Origin: Longimicrobiales bacterium
Lineage (GTDB): Bacteria > Gemmatimonadota > Gemmatimonadetes > Longimicrobiales > Gaopeijiaceae
DNA: 64,000 bases
Assembly: GCA_963664435.2 (NCBI GenBank)
Contig: CAXXKM010000001.1
Span: 1,056,001 to 1,120,000 of the forward strand
Direction: 5' to 3'
Made by a program: the position numbers and the translations under genes. Under the pieces are notes generated by a model. That model saw only the letters and a program-made list of their open reading frames with translations, made no database searches and was not told where the DNA came from. Positions 46,916 through 56,194 of this stretch are shown here, one piece after another; the first letter of the stretch is position 1; each line of letters starts with the position of its first letter.

Positions 46916-48106
46916 ATGAAGCGGAGGACGACGACGGCGATCCTGGCCCTGGCCGCGATGGTTGCCGGTTGCGAAGCGCCCCCCGTCTCGACGAGCACGT
47001 CGCGCGACAGCCTCGGGGTCACGATCGTCGAATCGGTCGCGCCCTTGTGGGGTGCGGGTGACGCATGGCGGATCGAGGAGGAACCGATCCTCGACCTGGC
47101 CGGGACCGGCTCGGGCGAAATGCACACCTTCTTTCGCGTGAGGGACGTGCTGCGCGCGGGATCCGGGCATCTGGCCGTTGCCGACGGGGCGTCCCAGCAG
47201 GTCCGGGTCTACGATGCAACGGGGCGATTCGTCCGTGCATTCGGTGGGCCGGGCGAGGGACCGGGCGAGTTTCGCTCCCTCTGGACCATCGTGCTGAGGC
47301 CCGACGGGCGACTCGTGGCACTGGACCGCACGGCGGGGGGAAGCGGCGCGGAGTTCGACCTGGAATCGGGGCTGATCGCTTCGTTCCGGTTGCCGGAGGG
47401 CGTCTCGCCGGTTCGGCACCCGGTGCCCTCGGACGTGGTCTGGGGGCTGGATCCGGCGCCCGCCGCGGACGAGGAGAGGCGGCGCGCGGGTCTACGGCGT
47501 CCTCCGGTCACCATCGTTCGGTTGTCGGAGGACCGGATGTCGGGCGACTCGGTCACGAGCCTTCCCGGATACGAGAACTTCATCATTACCGAAGGGGACG
47601 ACATCCCGATCATGGGTCGGTTGCCCCATGCAGTGCCGGACGGCGCAGGACGAATCGCAATGGGCACGGCGGACGCGCTGGAGTACTCGATCGTCGATGG
47701 CCGGACCGGCGAGCTGCGCCTGATCGCGAGGATTCCCGGAGTTCAGCTGGCCGTGTCCCGCGCGGAAGTGGACCGTGAACGGGAGGAATGGCTGGGACCC
47801 GATCCCAGTCCCTTCATTCGCGACTTCATGGCCCGCTTGCCCGAGCCCGCGGAGAAACCGGGCTATCAGCGGATGATCGTGGACGCCGACGGAAATGTGT
47901 GGGCGGGAGAATACCTCGGACTCGCCCGGCGCAACGAACCGCAGGAGTGGTACGTGCTGGACTCGTCGGGGGCGTGGCTCGGAATCGTCGACACGCCGGC
48001 ACGCTTCGAGCTGATGCGGGTGGGCGCCGATGAGGTGTTCGGGGTGCGGCGTGACGCCAACGACGTCGAGCATCCGCAGGTTCTGCGGCTGGTTAAGCCC
48101 TTGTAG
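46916..48106 (+). CDS. 6-bladed beta-propeller lipoprotein
   Basis: Lipobox VAGC; RDSLGVTIVES; FGGPGEGPGEFR; VDADGNVW. Confidence 0.8.
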   Translation: MKRRTTTAILALAAMVAGCEAPPVSTSTSRDSLGVTIVESVAPLWGAGDAWRIEEEPILDLAGTGSGEMHTFFRVRDVLRAGSGHLAVADGASQQVRVYDATGRFVRAFGGPGEGPGEFRSLWTIVLRPDGRLVALDRTAGGSGAEFDLESGLIASFRLPEGVSPVRHPVPSDVVWGLDPAPAADEERRRAGLRRPPVTIVRLSEDRMSGDSVTSLPGYENFIITEGDDIPIMGRLPHAVPDGAGRIAMGTADALEYSIVDGRTGELRLIARIPGVQLAVSRAEVDREREEWLGPDPSPFIRDFMARLPEPAEKPGYQRMIVDADGNVWAGEYLGLARRNEPQEWYVLDSSGAWLGIVDTPARFELMRVGADEVFGVRRDANDVEHPQVLRLVKPL

Positions 48107-48146
48107 GCCTCGATGGGACGTTTCAGCTGAAACGCGAAGGGCGCGA
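48107..48146 (+). repeat. 40-bp intergenic copy (2 mismatches) of galK-internal sequence 49301-49340
   Basis: GCCTCGATGGGACGTTTCAGCTGAAACGyGAAsGGCGCGA in both places. Confidence 0.85.
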
Positions 48147-48198
48147 CACCGGCCCCGACGGCATCGGGTTGACTGGATCACGCCGGCAGGACACCGGG

Positions 48199-49578
48199 CT
48201 ACACGTGCTGGACCCCTGCCCCTCCGCTGGGTTGCGCGGAGAACATCATGTCGCGGGTGGGTGGCCTGCCCAGGCGCGGCTGGTAGAATCGGGCGGTTAA
48301 CGCCTCCATGACGGGCGCTACGGTCGCCTCGTCACACAGCGCGACGGCGCAACCACCGAAGCCGGCGCCTGTGAGGCGCGCGCCCGCCGCACCCGCGTCG
48401 AGGGCCACCGTGACGATCGCGTCCAGCGCGCCCGTGCTCACCTCGTAGTCGTCGCGGAGGCTCTCGTGGGACCGCACCATGAGGTGGCCGAAGCGGCGTA
48501 GATCGCCGTCGCGCATGGCCCGCTCGGCGAGCGCCACCCGGCGGCCCTCCGTGACCACGTGGCGGAAGCGGCGGAGCAGCACGGGGGAGAGGGCGCGGCG
48601 GGCGTGGCTTGGCAGGCCGTCGGGGTCGTCCAGCGCGACCAGGTCCCGGAAGGTTGGGGGGCGTCCACCGGAGCGCTCGCCGTCCCTCCGCGACGGACCA
48701 CGCTCGCCCACATCCGCGTGCTCCGCCGTCTGGCCGCCGTGATCCGTCGCCGTCCGCCGGCGCGACCCGTCGTGGCCGAACGCCGCTCGGGGCGCCCCAC
48801 CATGCTCGGCCCCGGCCGCCGCTCCGACCCGACTGCCCACCAGCCTGAGCGCCTCCCGGCACTGCCGCGCGCGTTCGTTATATGCCTCGCGCGCGCCCGC
48901 GGACTTCTCGGCCCGCACCAGCGACGACGCCACCACCCACCGCCACCCGTCGGGCACGGGCACCGGAGTCACCCGCAGCGGGTCGAACTCGATGCGGAGG
49001 GCGTGTCCGTCGACCCCGTGAAGACACGCGGCCTGGTCCATCCCGCCCCCTTCGAGCCCCACGAAGCGCTCGGCGCGCGCCATCAGGGCGGCGAGTTCGA
49101 GGCGGGGCAGGGTCACCCCGCTCGCCTTCAGCAGCGCCAGCGCCGAGGCCACCACCAGAGCCGACGAGGACGACAGCCCCGACGCGACGGGGACATCGCC
49201 GGTCACCGTCCCCTCGATGCCTCGCTCCAGCGGCATCCCGTGCTCGAGCAGTCCCCGAGCCGCGGCCCGCACATAGTTTGACCAATCTCCCTGGTCCGCT
49301 GCCTCGATGGGACGTTTCAGCTGAAACGTGAACGGCGCGAAGCGGGGCGAAGGGCTGTCCAGGCGCACCACCGGATCGTCCACGACGCAGAAGTCCACGC
49401 GGACATCCCGGTCGATCGCGATGGGAAAGACCGGCAGGCCGTTGTAGTCGGTGTGCTCGCCGATCAGGTTGACGCGGCCGGGCGCGATGGCTTGCCAGCG
49501 TCTGCCGGTTGGCCGCCCGCCCGAAACGCCTTCGAGCGTCGGTCCGGAGCGCCTGCCTCCTCCATCGTCACCGCTCAA
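48199..49578 (-). CDS. galK: Galactokinase-family GHMP sugar kinase
   Basis: APGRVNLIGEHTDYN, PVASGLSSSSA, GGMDQ, SHESLRDDYEVS, GARLTGAGFGGC; TTG start overlapping upstream stop assumed. Confidence 0.88.
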   Translation of the reverse strand: MSGDDGGGRRSGPTLEGVSGGRPTGRRWQAIAPGRVNLIGEHTDYNGLPVFPIAIDRDVRVDFCVVDDPVVRLDSPSPRFAPFTFQLKRPIEAADQGDWSNYVRAAARGLLEHGMPLERGIEGTVTGDVPVASGLSSSSALVVASALALLKASGVTLPRLELAALMARAERFVGLEGGGMDQAACLHGVDGHALRIEFDPLRVTPVPVPDGWRWVVASSLVRAEKSAGAREAYNERARQCREALRLVGSRVGAAAGAEHGGAPRAAFGHDGSRRRTATDHGGQTAEHADVGERGPSRRDGERSGGRPPTFRDLVALDDPDGLPSHARRALSPVLLRRFRHVVTEGRRVALAERAMRDGDLRRFGHLMVRSHESLRDDYEVSTGALDAIVTVALDAGAAGARLTGAGFGGCAVALCDEATVAPVMEALTARFYQPRLGRPPTRDMMFSAQPSGGAGVQHV

Positions 49579-51346
49579 TCCGAAAAGCCCAACTTCGGCA
49601 GCAGCCGGAAGAGCCAGACCCCGGCCGCGGCCGAGATCGCGAGCGCGACCACCGCCGCCACAGCCTGCCCGTACAGCAGATACCCCGTCCCGAAGAGCGC
49701 CGCGTAGACCAGCACGCAGCCGAGGAACCAGGCGAGGAAGGCCGCGGTGATGGACTCGGCGCCGCGCGGCCCGTCGCCCACGTCGACGACCCGCCGCCAT
49801 CCCCTGCCCATCGGCCGGATCCTGTCGTAGAAGCGCTGCAGCGTCGCCGAATCGGCGGGCGAAGTGAGGAAGGTCACCCCGAGCCAGCCGACCGTCGTGA
49901 CCGCCACCCCGATGACGAGCTGCGTCCATGCCGGGAGGGGCGCGAATCCCAGCCCCGTGTGCATCCACGCGAAATAGACCGCCACCAGGAACGAGATGGT
50001 CATGCCGGCCAGCTCGCTCCACACGTTCACGCGGTACCAGAACCAGCGCAGCAGGAAGATGAGCCCCGTCCCGGCGCCGATCTGGAGGAGGATCTGGAAC
50101 CCCTGCCCCGCAGTGTCGAGCTGAAGCGCGATCAAGGCGCCCAGCACCATCAGCCCTACGGTCGACAGCCGCCCCATCGTCACGAGCTGCCGATCGCTCG
50201 CGGCCGGGTTCACGAACCGCCGGTAGAAGTCGCTCACCACGTACGACGAGCCCCAGTTGAGCTGGGTGCTGATGGTCGACATGTACGCTGCAGCCAGGGA
50301 GGCGACCACCAGGCCGAGCAGTCCTGCGGGCAGGAACACCAGCATGGCCGGATAGGCCAGGTCATTGCCCACCAGCCGGGGTCGAGGTCCGGGAAGCGGG
50401 CCTGGATGTCCGACAGCTCCGGGTACACGAGCATCGAGCACAGCGCCACGATGATCCACGGCCAGGGCCGGAGCCCGTAGTGCGCGATGTTGAACCACAG
50501 CGTGGCCTTCATCGACTCCTTTTCGTTCTTCGCCGCGAGCATGCGCTGGGCCACGTAGCCACCGCCCCCCGGCTCGGCCCCGGGATACCACGCGCTCCAC
50601 CACTGCACCGCGATCGGGATGATGAAGATCCCCGCGGCGACGCTCCAGTCGGAGAAGTCCGGGAAGAAGTTCCTCGCCGACTGCAGATCAGGGTGCGAGA
50701 CGAGCCCCGCGAGCCCCCCGACCTCGGGCTGGCGCAGCGCGAACACGGCGGCCGCAACCGAACCGATCATCGCCACGACGAAGAGCACGAGGTCCGTGAC
50801 GACGACGCCCCACAGCCCCGATGTCGCGGAGTAGATCATGGTCACGGTTCCCGCGATCAGGACCGTGGTCAGCGGATCCAGCCCCAGGAGCACGCCGCCG
50901 ATCTTGGTCGCCGCGAGGGTCACCGTCGCGATGATCATCACGTTGTAGAAGACGCCCAGATAGATGGCCCGAAAGCCCCGCAGGAACGCCGCCGCGCGCC
51001 CCGAATAGCGCAGCTCGTAGAACTCGATGTCGGTCAGCGCGCCCGAGCGCCGCCACAGGCGCGCGTAGAAGAAGACCGTGCACATGCCGGTGATCAGGAA
51101 GGCCCACCACGACCAGTTCTGCGCGACCCCGCCGCCGCGCACGAAGTCGGCGATCAGGTTGGGCGTGTCGGTCGAGAAGGTCGTCGCGACCATCGACGTG
51201 CCCAGCAGCCACCACGGCAGCTTCCGCCCCGAAAGGAAGAACTCGTCGGCCCCGGACCCCGCGCGCCGGGCGAAGCGGAGGCCGATGGCGAGGGCAGTGA
51301 GCCCGTACAGCGCGATGACGATCCAGTCGAGCGTGGTGAGTTGCAT
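49575..51346 (-). pseudogene. Sodium:solute symporter with 1-nt frameshift at G4 run 50378-50381 (or sequencing error)
   Basis: ORF 50234..51346 (FFLSGRKLPWW...DLDP) continues in 49575..50603 frame (RLVGNDLAYPAML...STQLNWGSSY). Confidence 0.8.
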
Positions 51347-51352
51347 TCGGCT

Positions 51353-52378
51353 TCACTCGCGGGAGAAAGGAGATGGCCGGGCGTCCCGGAGGGGTGACCG
51401 CGCCTCCCCGAGGGTCGGCCGGGCGTCGCCGAGGGTTGGCCGGGCGTCCCATAGGCGCATCGGATAGACCCCCGAGTCTACCAGCGCCCGCAGCGATCGG
51501 GCCACTCCCGCGTGATCGCCGGGGAACGTGACGCCGAGCCACGGCTCCCGGGTGGGCAGGACGGTGCAGCGCGCGCGGTCCGCCGCGATGAGGTCGTTCA
51601 CGGCCTCCGAGAGGTAGAACTCGCGGTCGAGCCCCGGTCCCGACGCGAGGAACGCGGCAAACAGTTCGCGCAGGGGCGCAAGGATGTCCGGCTGGAACCC
51701 CCAGAGGTTGGTGCAGACAGGGGCGTGCAGGGGCACCTCGAGCCGGCGGCCGGCCACGTCGCGGCCCGCGGCGCGGTCGCCTTCGCGGCGGAGTTCCAGC
51801 CCCTCGGTCAGCCGCTGGAGCGCGCCCGATTCGTCGACCTCGCAGAGGCCGCGGGAGACGCCCCCGCTCTCCGACAGGGTGCCCCCGAGGGGGTATCCGA
51901 TGGTGAAGGTCTGGATCGGTTTGGGCCGCGCACCGCGCACCGCCCACCCATCCGCCTGCTGGTCCACGGCGATGCCGAGCGTCGCGTACGCCCCCCGCCC
52001 ATAGAAGTCGTCCGCGTTGCACACCGCGAAGGGGCCGTCGACCAGTTCGCCCGCGGTCAGGACTGCAAAGCCCGTGCCCCAGGGGCGGGTTCGTCCGGGT
52101 GGGGGAGCATCCACGAGTCCTGGATGGGCCATCCCCTGGTACGCGTAGCGGATGTCGCGGTGGGCTGCCGCATCGCGCAGATGCGCGTCGAAGTCGGGGC
52201 GAAGCGGCTCCTGGATGACGAGCAGGAGGCGCTTGAACCCGGCGAGCGCGGCATCGTAGAGGGCGTAGTCGAGGAGGGCCTCCCCGCCCGGGCCGATGGG
52301 CGCGAGCTGCTTGAGGCGGCCGAACCGCGTGGAACGGCCGGCCGCGAGGATGACGAGGGTGAGGGCTGGGCAAGACAT
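51353..52378 (-). CDS. Sugar-phosphate nucleotidyltransferase
   Basis: LVILAAGRSTRFGRLKQ, RPWGTG, FAVCNADDFYG, WLGVTF. Confidence 0.88.
   Translation of the reverse strand: MSCPALTLVILAAGRSTRFGRLKQLAPIGPGGEALLDYALYDAALAGFKRLLLVIQEPLRPDFDAHLRDAAAHRDIRYAYQGMAHPGLVDAPPPGRTRPWGTGFAVLTAGELVDGPFAVCNADDFYGRGAYATLGIAVDQQADGWAVRGARPKPIQTFTIGYPLGGTLSESGGVSRGLCEVDESGALQRLTEGLELRREGDRAAGRDVAGRRLEVPLHAPVCTNLWGFQPDILAPLRELFAAFLASGPGLDREFYLSEAVNDLIAADRARCTVLPTREPWLGVTFPGDHAGVARSLRALVDSGVYPMRLWDARPTLGDARPTLGEARSPLRDARPSPFSRE
51375..51450. repeat. Degenerate 21-bp tandem repeat (about 3.6 units) in gene 3' end
   Basis: Encodes DARPTLG-DARPTLG-EARSPLR-DARPS. Confidence 0.7.
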
Positions 52379-52417
52379 GTTACCGTATACGACACCGAAG
52401 TCGACCACCGCGACAGG

Positions 52418-52447
52418 GGGAGTTCCGGACACGGGAGTTCCGGACAC
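52418..52447. repeat. Perfect 15-bp tandem repeat GGGAGTTCCGGACAC x2 in divergent intergenic region
   Basis: 52418-52432 and 52433-52447. Confidence 0.8.
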
Positions 52448-52492
52448 GATGACTGTCCGGGAGCGCGCCTGCCAACACCGGAGTTTCCCGCA

Positions 52493-53455
52493 GTGAGCCA
52501 AAAGGTCCTGATCACCGGCGGCGCCGGCTTTGTCGGCGGCCACGTCGTCGACGCCCACATCGCGCGGGGCGACCGGGTGTGGGTCATCGACGACCTCTCA
52601 TCGGGACGGCCCGCAAACGTTCCCTCCGGCGCCGAACTCGTCGAGATGGACCTCGCCGATCCGCGCGCCAGGGAACTGATCCTCGACGTCGACTTCGACC
52701 TGATCAACCACCACGCGGCGCAGATCGACGTGCGCGGCTCGGTGGCCGACCCGATCGCCGACGCCCGGGTGAACATCGCGGGCCTCCTCAACATCCTCGA
52801 GGCGGCGCGCGACGCCGGGACCGGGCGGGTGGTGTTCGTGTCCAGTGGAGGCGTGGTCTACGGAGAGCCCGAGGTATATCCCACGCCCGAGGATGCCCCC
52901 AAGCGCCCGGTCTCCCCTTACGGGGTGTCGAAGCTCGCGGGCGAGTACTACCTCGACTACTACCGCGCGGTGCACGGACTCGACTACGTGACGCTCAGGT
53001 ACAGCAACGTCTACGGCCCCGGGCAGGATCCCCATGGAGAGGCGGGCGTCGTGGCCATCTTCTGCAATCGTTTGATCGACGGCGAACCTCTGGACATCTA
53101 CGGCGACGGCGGGCAGGCGAGAGACTACGTCTACGTGGAGGACGTGGCCGCGGCCAACCTCATCGCCGCCGACATGCCGCTCAAGAACGACGCCGGAATC
53201 GACGCGAGAGCCTTCAACGTGTGCACCGGAGAAGCGACGAGCGTGAACACGCTGGCGACCCTCCTGGAAGAGATCGCGGGCGCCCGGCCGGGCCGCGTCC
53301 ACAGAGACACCCGTGCCGGCGAGGTTCGCCAGAGCGTGCTCTCGACCGCGCGGATCCGCGCGATGGGCTGGTCACCGGCGCATACCCTGCGCGAGGGGCT
53401 GGCCCGCACGTTCAGGCACATCGCTTCCGAGAGGGCGGCGGGTCGTTCCGCGTGA
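52493..53455 (+). CDS. NAD-dependent epimerase (UDP-glucose 4-epimerase-like)
   Basis: ITGGAGFVG, HHAAQIDV, SSGGVVYG, YGVSK, RYSNVYGP. Confidence 0.9.
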   Translation: MSQKVLITGGAGFVGGHVVDAHIARGDRVWVIDDLSSGRPANVPSGAELVEMDLADPRARELILDVDFDLINHHAAQIDVRGSVADPIADARVNIAGLLNILEAARDAGTGRVVFVSSGGVVYGEPEVYPTPEDAPKRPVSPYGVSKLAGEYYLDYYRAVHGLDYVTLRYSNVYGPGQDPHGEAGVVAIFCNRLIDGEPLDIYGDGGQARDYVYVEDVAAANLIAADMPLKNDAGIDARAFNVCTGEATSVNTLATLLEEIAGARPGRVHRDTRAGEVRQSVLSTARIRAMGWSPAHTLREGLARTFRHIASERAAGRSA

Positions 53456-53591
53456 TCATCGCGGGGTTCCGCCGCTACTCACAGCGTGCCGTCTGATCTC
53501 CCGAGGGTGCAAATGACCCACGAGGTGGGTGATTATCACCCATCAGGTGGTTGGCTCCGGTCCAGCGCGCGAGGCCGTCTCGTCTGCTCGA

Positions 53592-53621
53592 AACCCGAGC
53601 CTCCAGACCACCATCTGCGGG
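53592..53621 (+). repeat. 30-bp direct repeat, left of hicAB
   Basis: AACCCGAGCCTCCAGACCACCATCTGCGGG identical to 54289-54318. Confidence 0.9.
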
Positions 53622-53644
53622 CCAGTTCGGGTCGGTCTCTCCCC

Positions 53645-53678
53645 TTGACCTCGCTGCGGCGTGTGCATATATGTGCAC
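53645..53678 (+). promoter_or_regulatory. hicAB promoter/operator candidate
   Basis: TTGACC at 53645-53650 and near-palindrome GTGCATATATGTGCAC 53663-53678 just before the start. Confidence 0.55.
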
Positions 53679-53679
53679 C

Positions 53680-53874
53680 GTGGAGACACAAACCGGCAAG
53701 ATCAAGCGGCGGCTGGAAAAGGACGGGTGGTACCTCGTCCGGCATGGTTCCAGCCACGAAATTTACCGGCACCAGGATATCCGGGGGATCATTACGCTGC
53801 CCCGGCACAGGACGCTATCCCCCGGCGTGGCCCGGTCCATCGCCAGGAAAGCGCAGTGGCCAGATGACGAATAG
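53680..53874 (+). CDS. hicA: HicA-family toxin
   Basis: LEKDGWYLVRHGSSHEIYRH...ITLPRH...GVARSIARKA. Confidence 0.9.
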   Translation: METQTGKIKRRLEKDGWYLVRHGSSHEIYRHQDIRGIITLPRHRTLSPGVARSIARKAQWPDDE

Positions 53875-53884
53875 GGAGAAGATC

Positions 53885-54271
53885 ATGCTTCGGTATCCAG
53901 CCCTGATCGATGGAGAAAACGGCGCTTACGGCGTCAGCTTCCCGGATCTTCCCGGTGTCGTGGCGATGGGAGAGACTGTGGATCAGGCTCTGGTCAACGC
54001 CGAGGACGCGCTGCGCGACTACGCCATCGAGACGGAGAAGGATGGTCAGGCCCGAATCGCCCCCAGCGCCCTCGAGGACGTGACGCCCCCGAGGGGGAGC
54101 ACGCTCGTGTCCGTTCCGCTGATCCATCTCTCCGGTCGCAGCATCCGCGCCAACATGATGCTTGACGAGGGCGTCATTGGCTTCATCGACAGCGAGGCGA
54201 GGCGGCGGGGGATGACGCGCACGTCCTACGTGGAGTGGATGACGCGCCGCATCGCCCAGGCGGGAGGGTGA
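53885..54271 (+). CDS. hicB: HicB-family antitoxin with C-terminal RHH
   Basis: YGVSFPDLPGVVAMGET..AL.NA.DAL; IRANMMLDE...ARRRGMTR. Confidence 0.92.
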   Translation: MLRYPALIDGENGAYGVSFPDLPGVVAMGETVDQALVNAEDALRDYAIETEKDGQARIAPSALEDVTPPRGSTLVSVPLIHLSGRSIRANMMLDEGVIGFIDSEARRRGMTRTSYVEWMTRRIAQAGG

Positions 54272-54272
54272 C

Positions 54273-55448
54273 CTACCTCATCGCGTCGAACCCGAGCCTC
54301 CAGACCACCATCTGCGGGTAGTACTGCTCGTTCTCCACGGTCTCGATGACCAGCCCGTCACCGATGAAGGCCTCAAGCAGCGAATCGTGACGGCGGGTTG
54401 CGATGAACGAGCCGCTGGCGAGATCGATCAGGTCGATGCGCATCTGGAAGATCTCACGGAAGTCATCGTCGATTGGGGCATAAGCTACCCGGCCATTGGG
54501 CATGCGCCGCAGCTCCATGTGATCCTGCCAGTCGTCCTTGCGAGCAGAACTGATCACCCAGAGTCGCTGTTCGTCGTCGACCTGCATCGCGTACATCCGG
54601 TTCCGCGGAGGGTTGTCGGGAGACCAGGGTTCGCGTGACGCTTCCCTCTCGTTCAACCTCGGTCCGCTGAGCCCGAGGATCCTGCGGCCGCTCTCGCTCC
54701 ATACCTGAATGAGATAGTCGTCGGAGCGAGCGCTGTAGATCCGCCTCCGCCGGTCGACCGCCAATACCCGAGGTGCGAAGCCCGGTGCGTCAAGGCCCTC
54801 CATCCGGTCGAAGGAATGGAGCATGTCAGGTGCATCGACGATGTGGAGAGGCATGCCCACCAACCCGGCTCTCGTCGTGCCCATGTTCAGCAGGTACCTC
54901 CCATCTTCCCCGAGCGGGACTGCGAGATGGCTGTACCCCGGGTAGATGGACCTGTCCGAGTGGAATGAGAAGTCGGGATTCACAACGGTCTCTCGTCCGA
55001 TATCGAGGTCGACGATGTGTACCCGCCCCTCGCTGTCGGTGCGGACCGGAGCCGGCCGCTGGAACTCCATGGGTCCGTCCCCCCTTCGGCCGACCTGCCT
55101 CAGGAAACTCCCCTCAGCGTCCCAGACCTTCACCACGCTCTCCTGCTGCTGGCCGACCCAGTAGTTGCCAGCACCATCGAGCGTCGCGTACCTCGACCAG
55201 CTGATGTACCCCGGGCCCGCGGTGTCGCCCAGAGCTACGACGCGCTCTACGGTGATGCAGCTTGAGCACGTGGCCGAGTTCTCGAGGATGTCGACGGTGG
55301 CGGTGCTGTCCTGCAGCGTGTTGAGATCCCGCGGGGCGTCGGGCGCGCCGCAGGCGGATAGCCAACCGGTTAGAGCAGCAGCGATTGGCAGTGGAGCAAC
55401 AGCGAAGGGCAACGATGCCCTGGTGGACGTTCCGAACACTCGATCCAC
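54273..55448 (-). CDS. 6-bladed beta-propeller lipoprotein
   Basis: Lipobox LSAC; CSSCITVERVVALG; VGRRGDGPMEF; VDDEQRLWV; start uncertain. Confidence 0.75.
   Translation of the reverse strand: MDRVFGTSTRASLPFAVAPLPIAAALTGWLSACGAPDAPRDLNTLQDSTATVDILENSATCSSCITVERVVALGDTAGPGYISWSRYATLDGAGNYWVGQQQESVVKVWDAEGSFLRQVGRRGDGPMEFQRPAPVRTDSEGRVHIVDLDIGRETVVNPDFSFHSDRSIYPGYSHLAVPLGEDGRYLLNMGTTRAGLVGMPLHIVDAPDMLHSFDRMEGLDAPGFAPRVLAVDRRRRIYSARSDDYLIQVWSESGRRILGLSGPRLNEREASREPWSPDNPPRNRMYAMQVDDEQRLWVISSARKDDWQDHMELRRMPNGRVAYAPIDDDFREIFQMRIDLIDLASGSFIATRRHDSLLEAFIGDGLVIETVENEQYYPQMVVWRLGFDAMR
54289..54318 (+). repeat. 30-bp direct repeat, right of hicAB, inside 3' end of propeller gene
   Basis: Identical to 53592-53621; encodes PQMVVWRLG(F). 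Confidence 0.9.
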
Positions 55449-55546
55449 CCCCTGCGGCGGGCCGCCCGATCGAGCGGGCAGCGAGATACTTCCCCCTTCA
55501 GCTACCGGTCTTACCCTGTTTGGCGCAAAATGCTCTCTGGTGCGTC

Positions 55547-56128
55547 TCAGCCAGTCCCGTCCCGAGCATCGCCACTCGCCTTCTCCACGTTCTCCGCGTA
55601 CGTCAAGGACTTCTCCAGCGCGGGATTCTTGTTGTAGGCCTCGGACTGGCCCGGCGGAATGCTCAGATACTGCCAGTCCGCTCCGCGGAAGGACTTGGCC
55701 AGGTACACGATCTGTCCCACGTGGGAGGCGGCGTGGGCGAGGGAACGGAGCAGCGCTTCGTCTACACGATGAGGTACGCGGCGGATGGTCACTTCGGAGG
55801 TCAGATCGTCGTCGGTGAGTTCCCGGAGGGTGTCGAAGAGGATGCCCCAGCCACGATCCCACTTCGCTGTGACTTCCGAAGGCGACACGTCGCGGGCCTC
55901 GAACTCCGACTCCCGGTCGCGCCACGGCTTCTCTCCGTCCGTGGTCAGGAAGTCGGTGAAGCGCGACTCCAGGTTGCCGGCGACGTGCCAGACGATGGTC
56001 GCGATCGAGCTCGCGTGCTCAGAACCGGCCGTGAGTTGTTCGCCATCCAGCTGGCCGAACGCGCGTTCCCCGAGGATCTTGTAGCGTCGGTATTCGGCTT
56101 CGATCAGGGCCACGACTGTGCGGCTCAT
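55547..56128 (-). CDS. DinB-like DUF1572 protein
   Basis: SIATIVWHVAGNLESRFTDFLTTDGEKPWRDRESEF, HVGQIVYLAK, LSIP. Confidence 0.88.
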   Translation of the reverse strand: MSRTVVALIEAEYRRYKILGERAFGQLDGEQLTAGSEHASSIATIVWHVAGNLESRFTDFLTTDGEKPWRDRESEFEARDVSPSEVTAKWDRGWGILFDTLRELTDDDLTSEVTIRRVPHRVDEALLRSLAHAASHVGQIVYLAKSFRGADWQYLSIPPGQSEAYNKNPALEKSLTYAENVEKASGDARDGTG

Positions 56129-56194
56129 GCTGTCATTCCGTGTGTTAATGTTGCGATAATGCGATCAGCCCGAGCCGTCTGCGGATGATGCCCT

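Noticed and set aside
48118..48134. Palindrome as a GalR/LacI operator
   Set aside because: Half-sites are in the opposite order to the LacI-family TGxAAxCGxTTxCA pattern and it is not in a promoter
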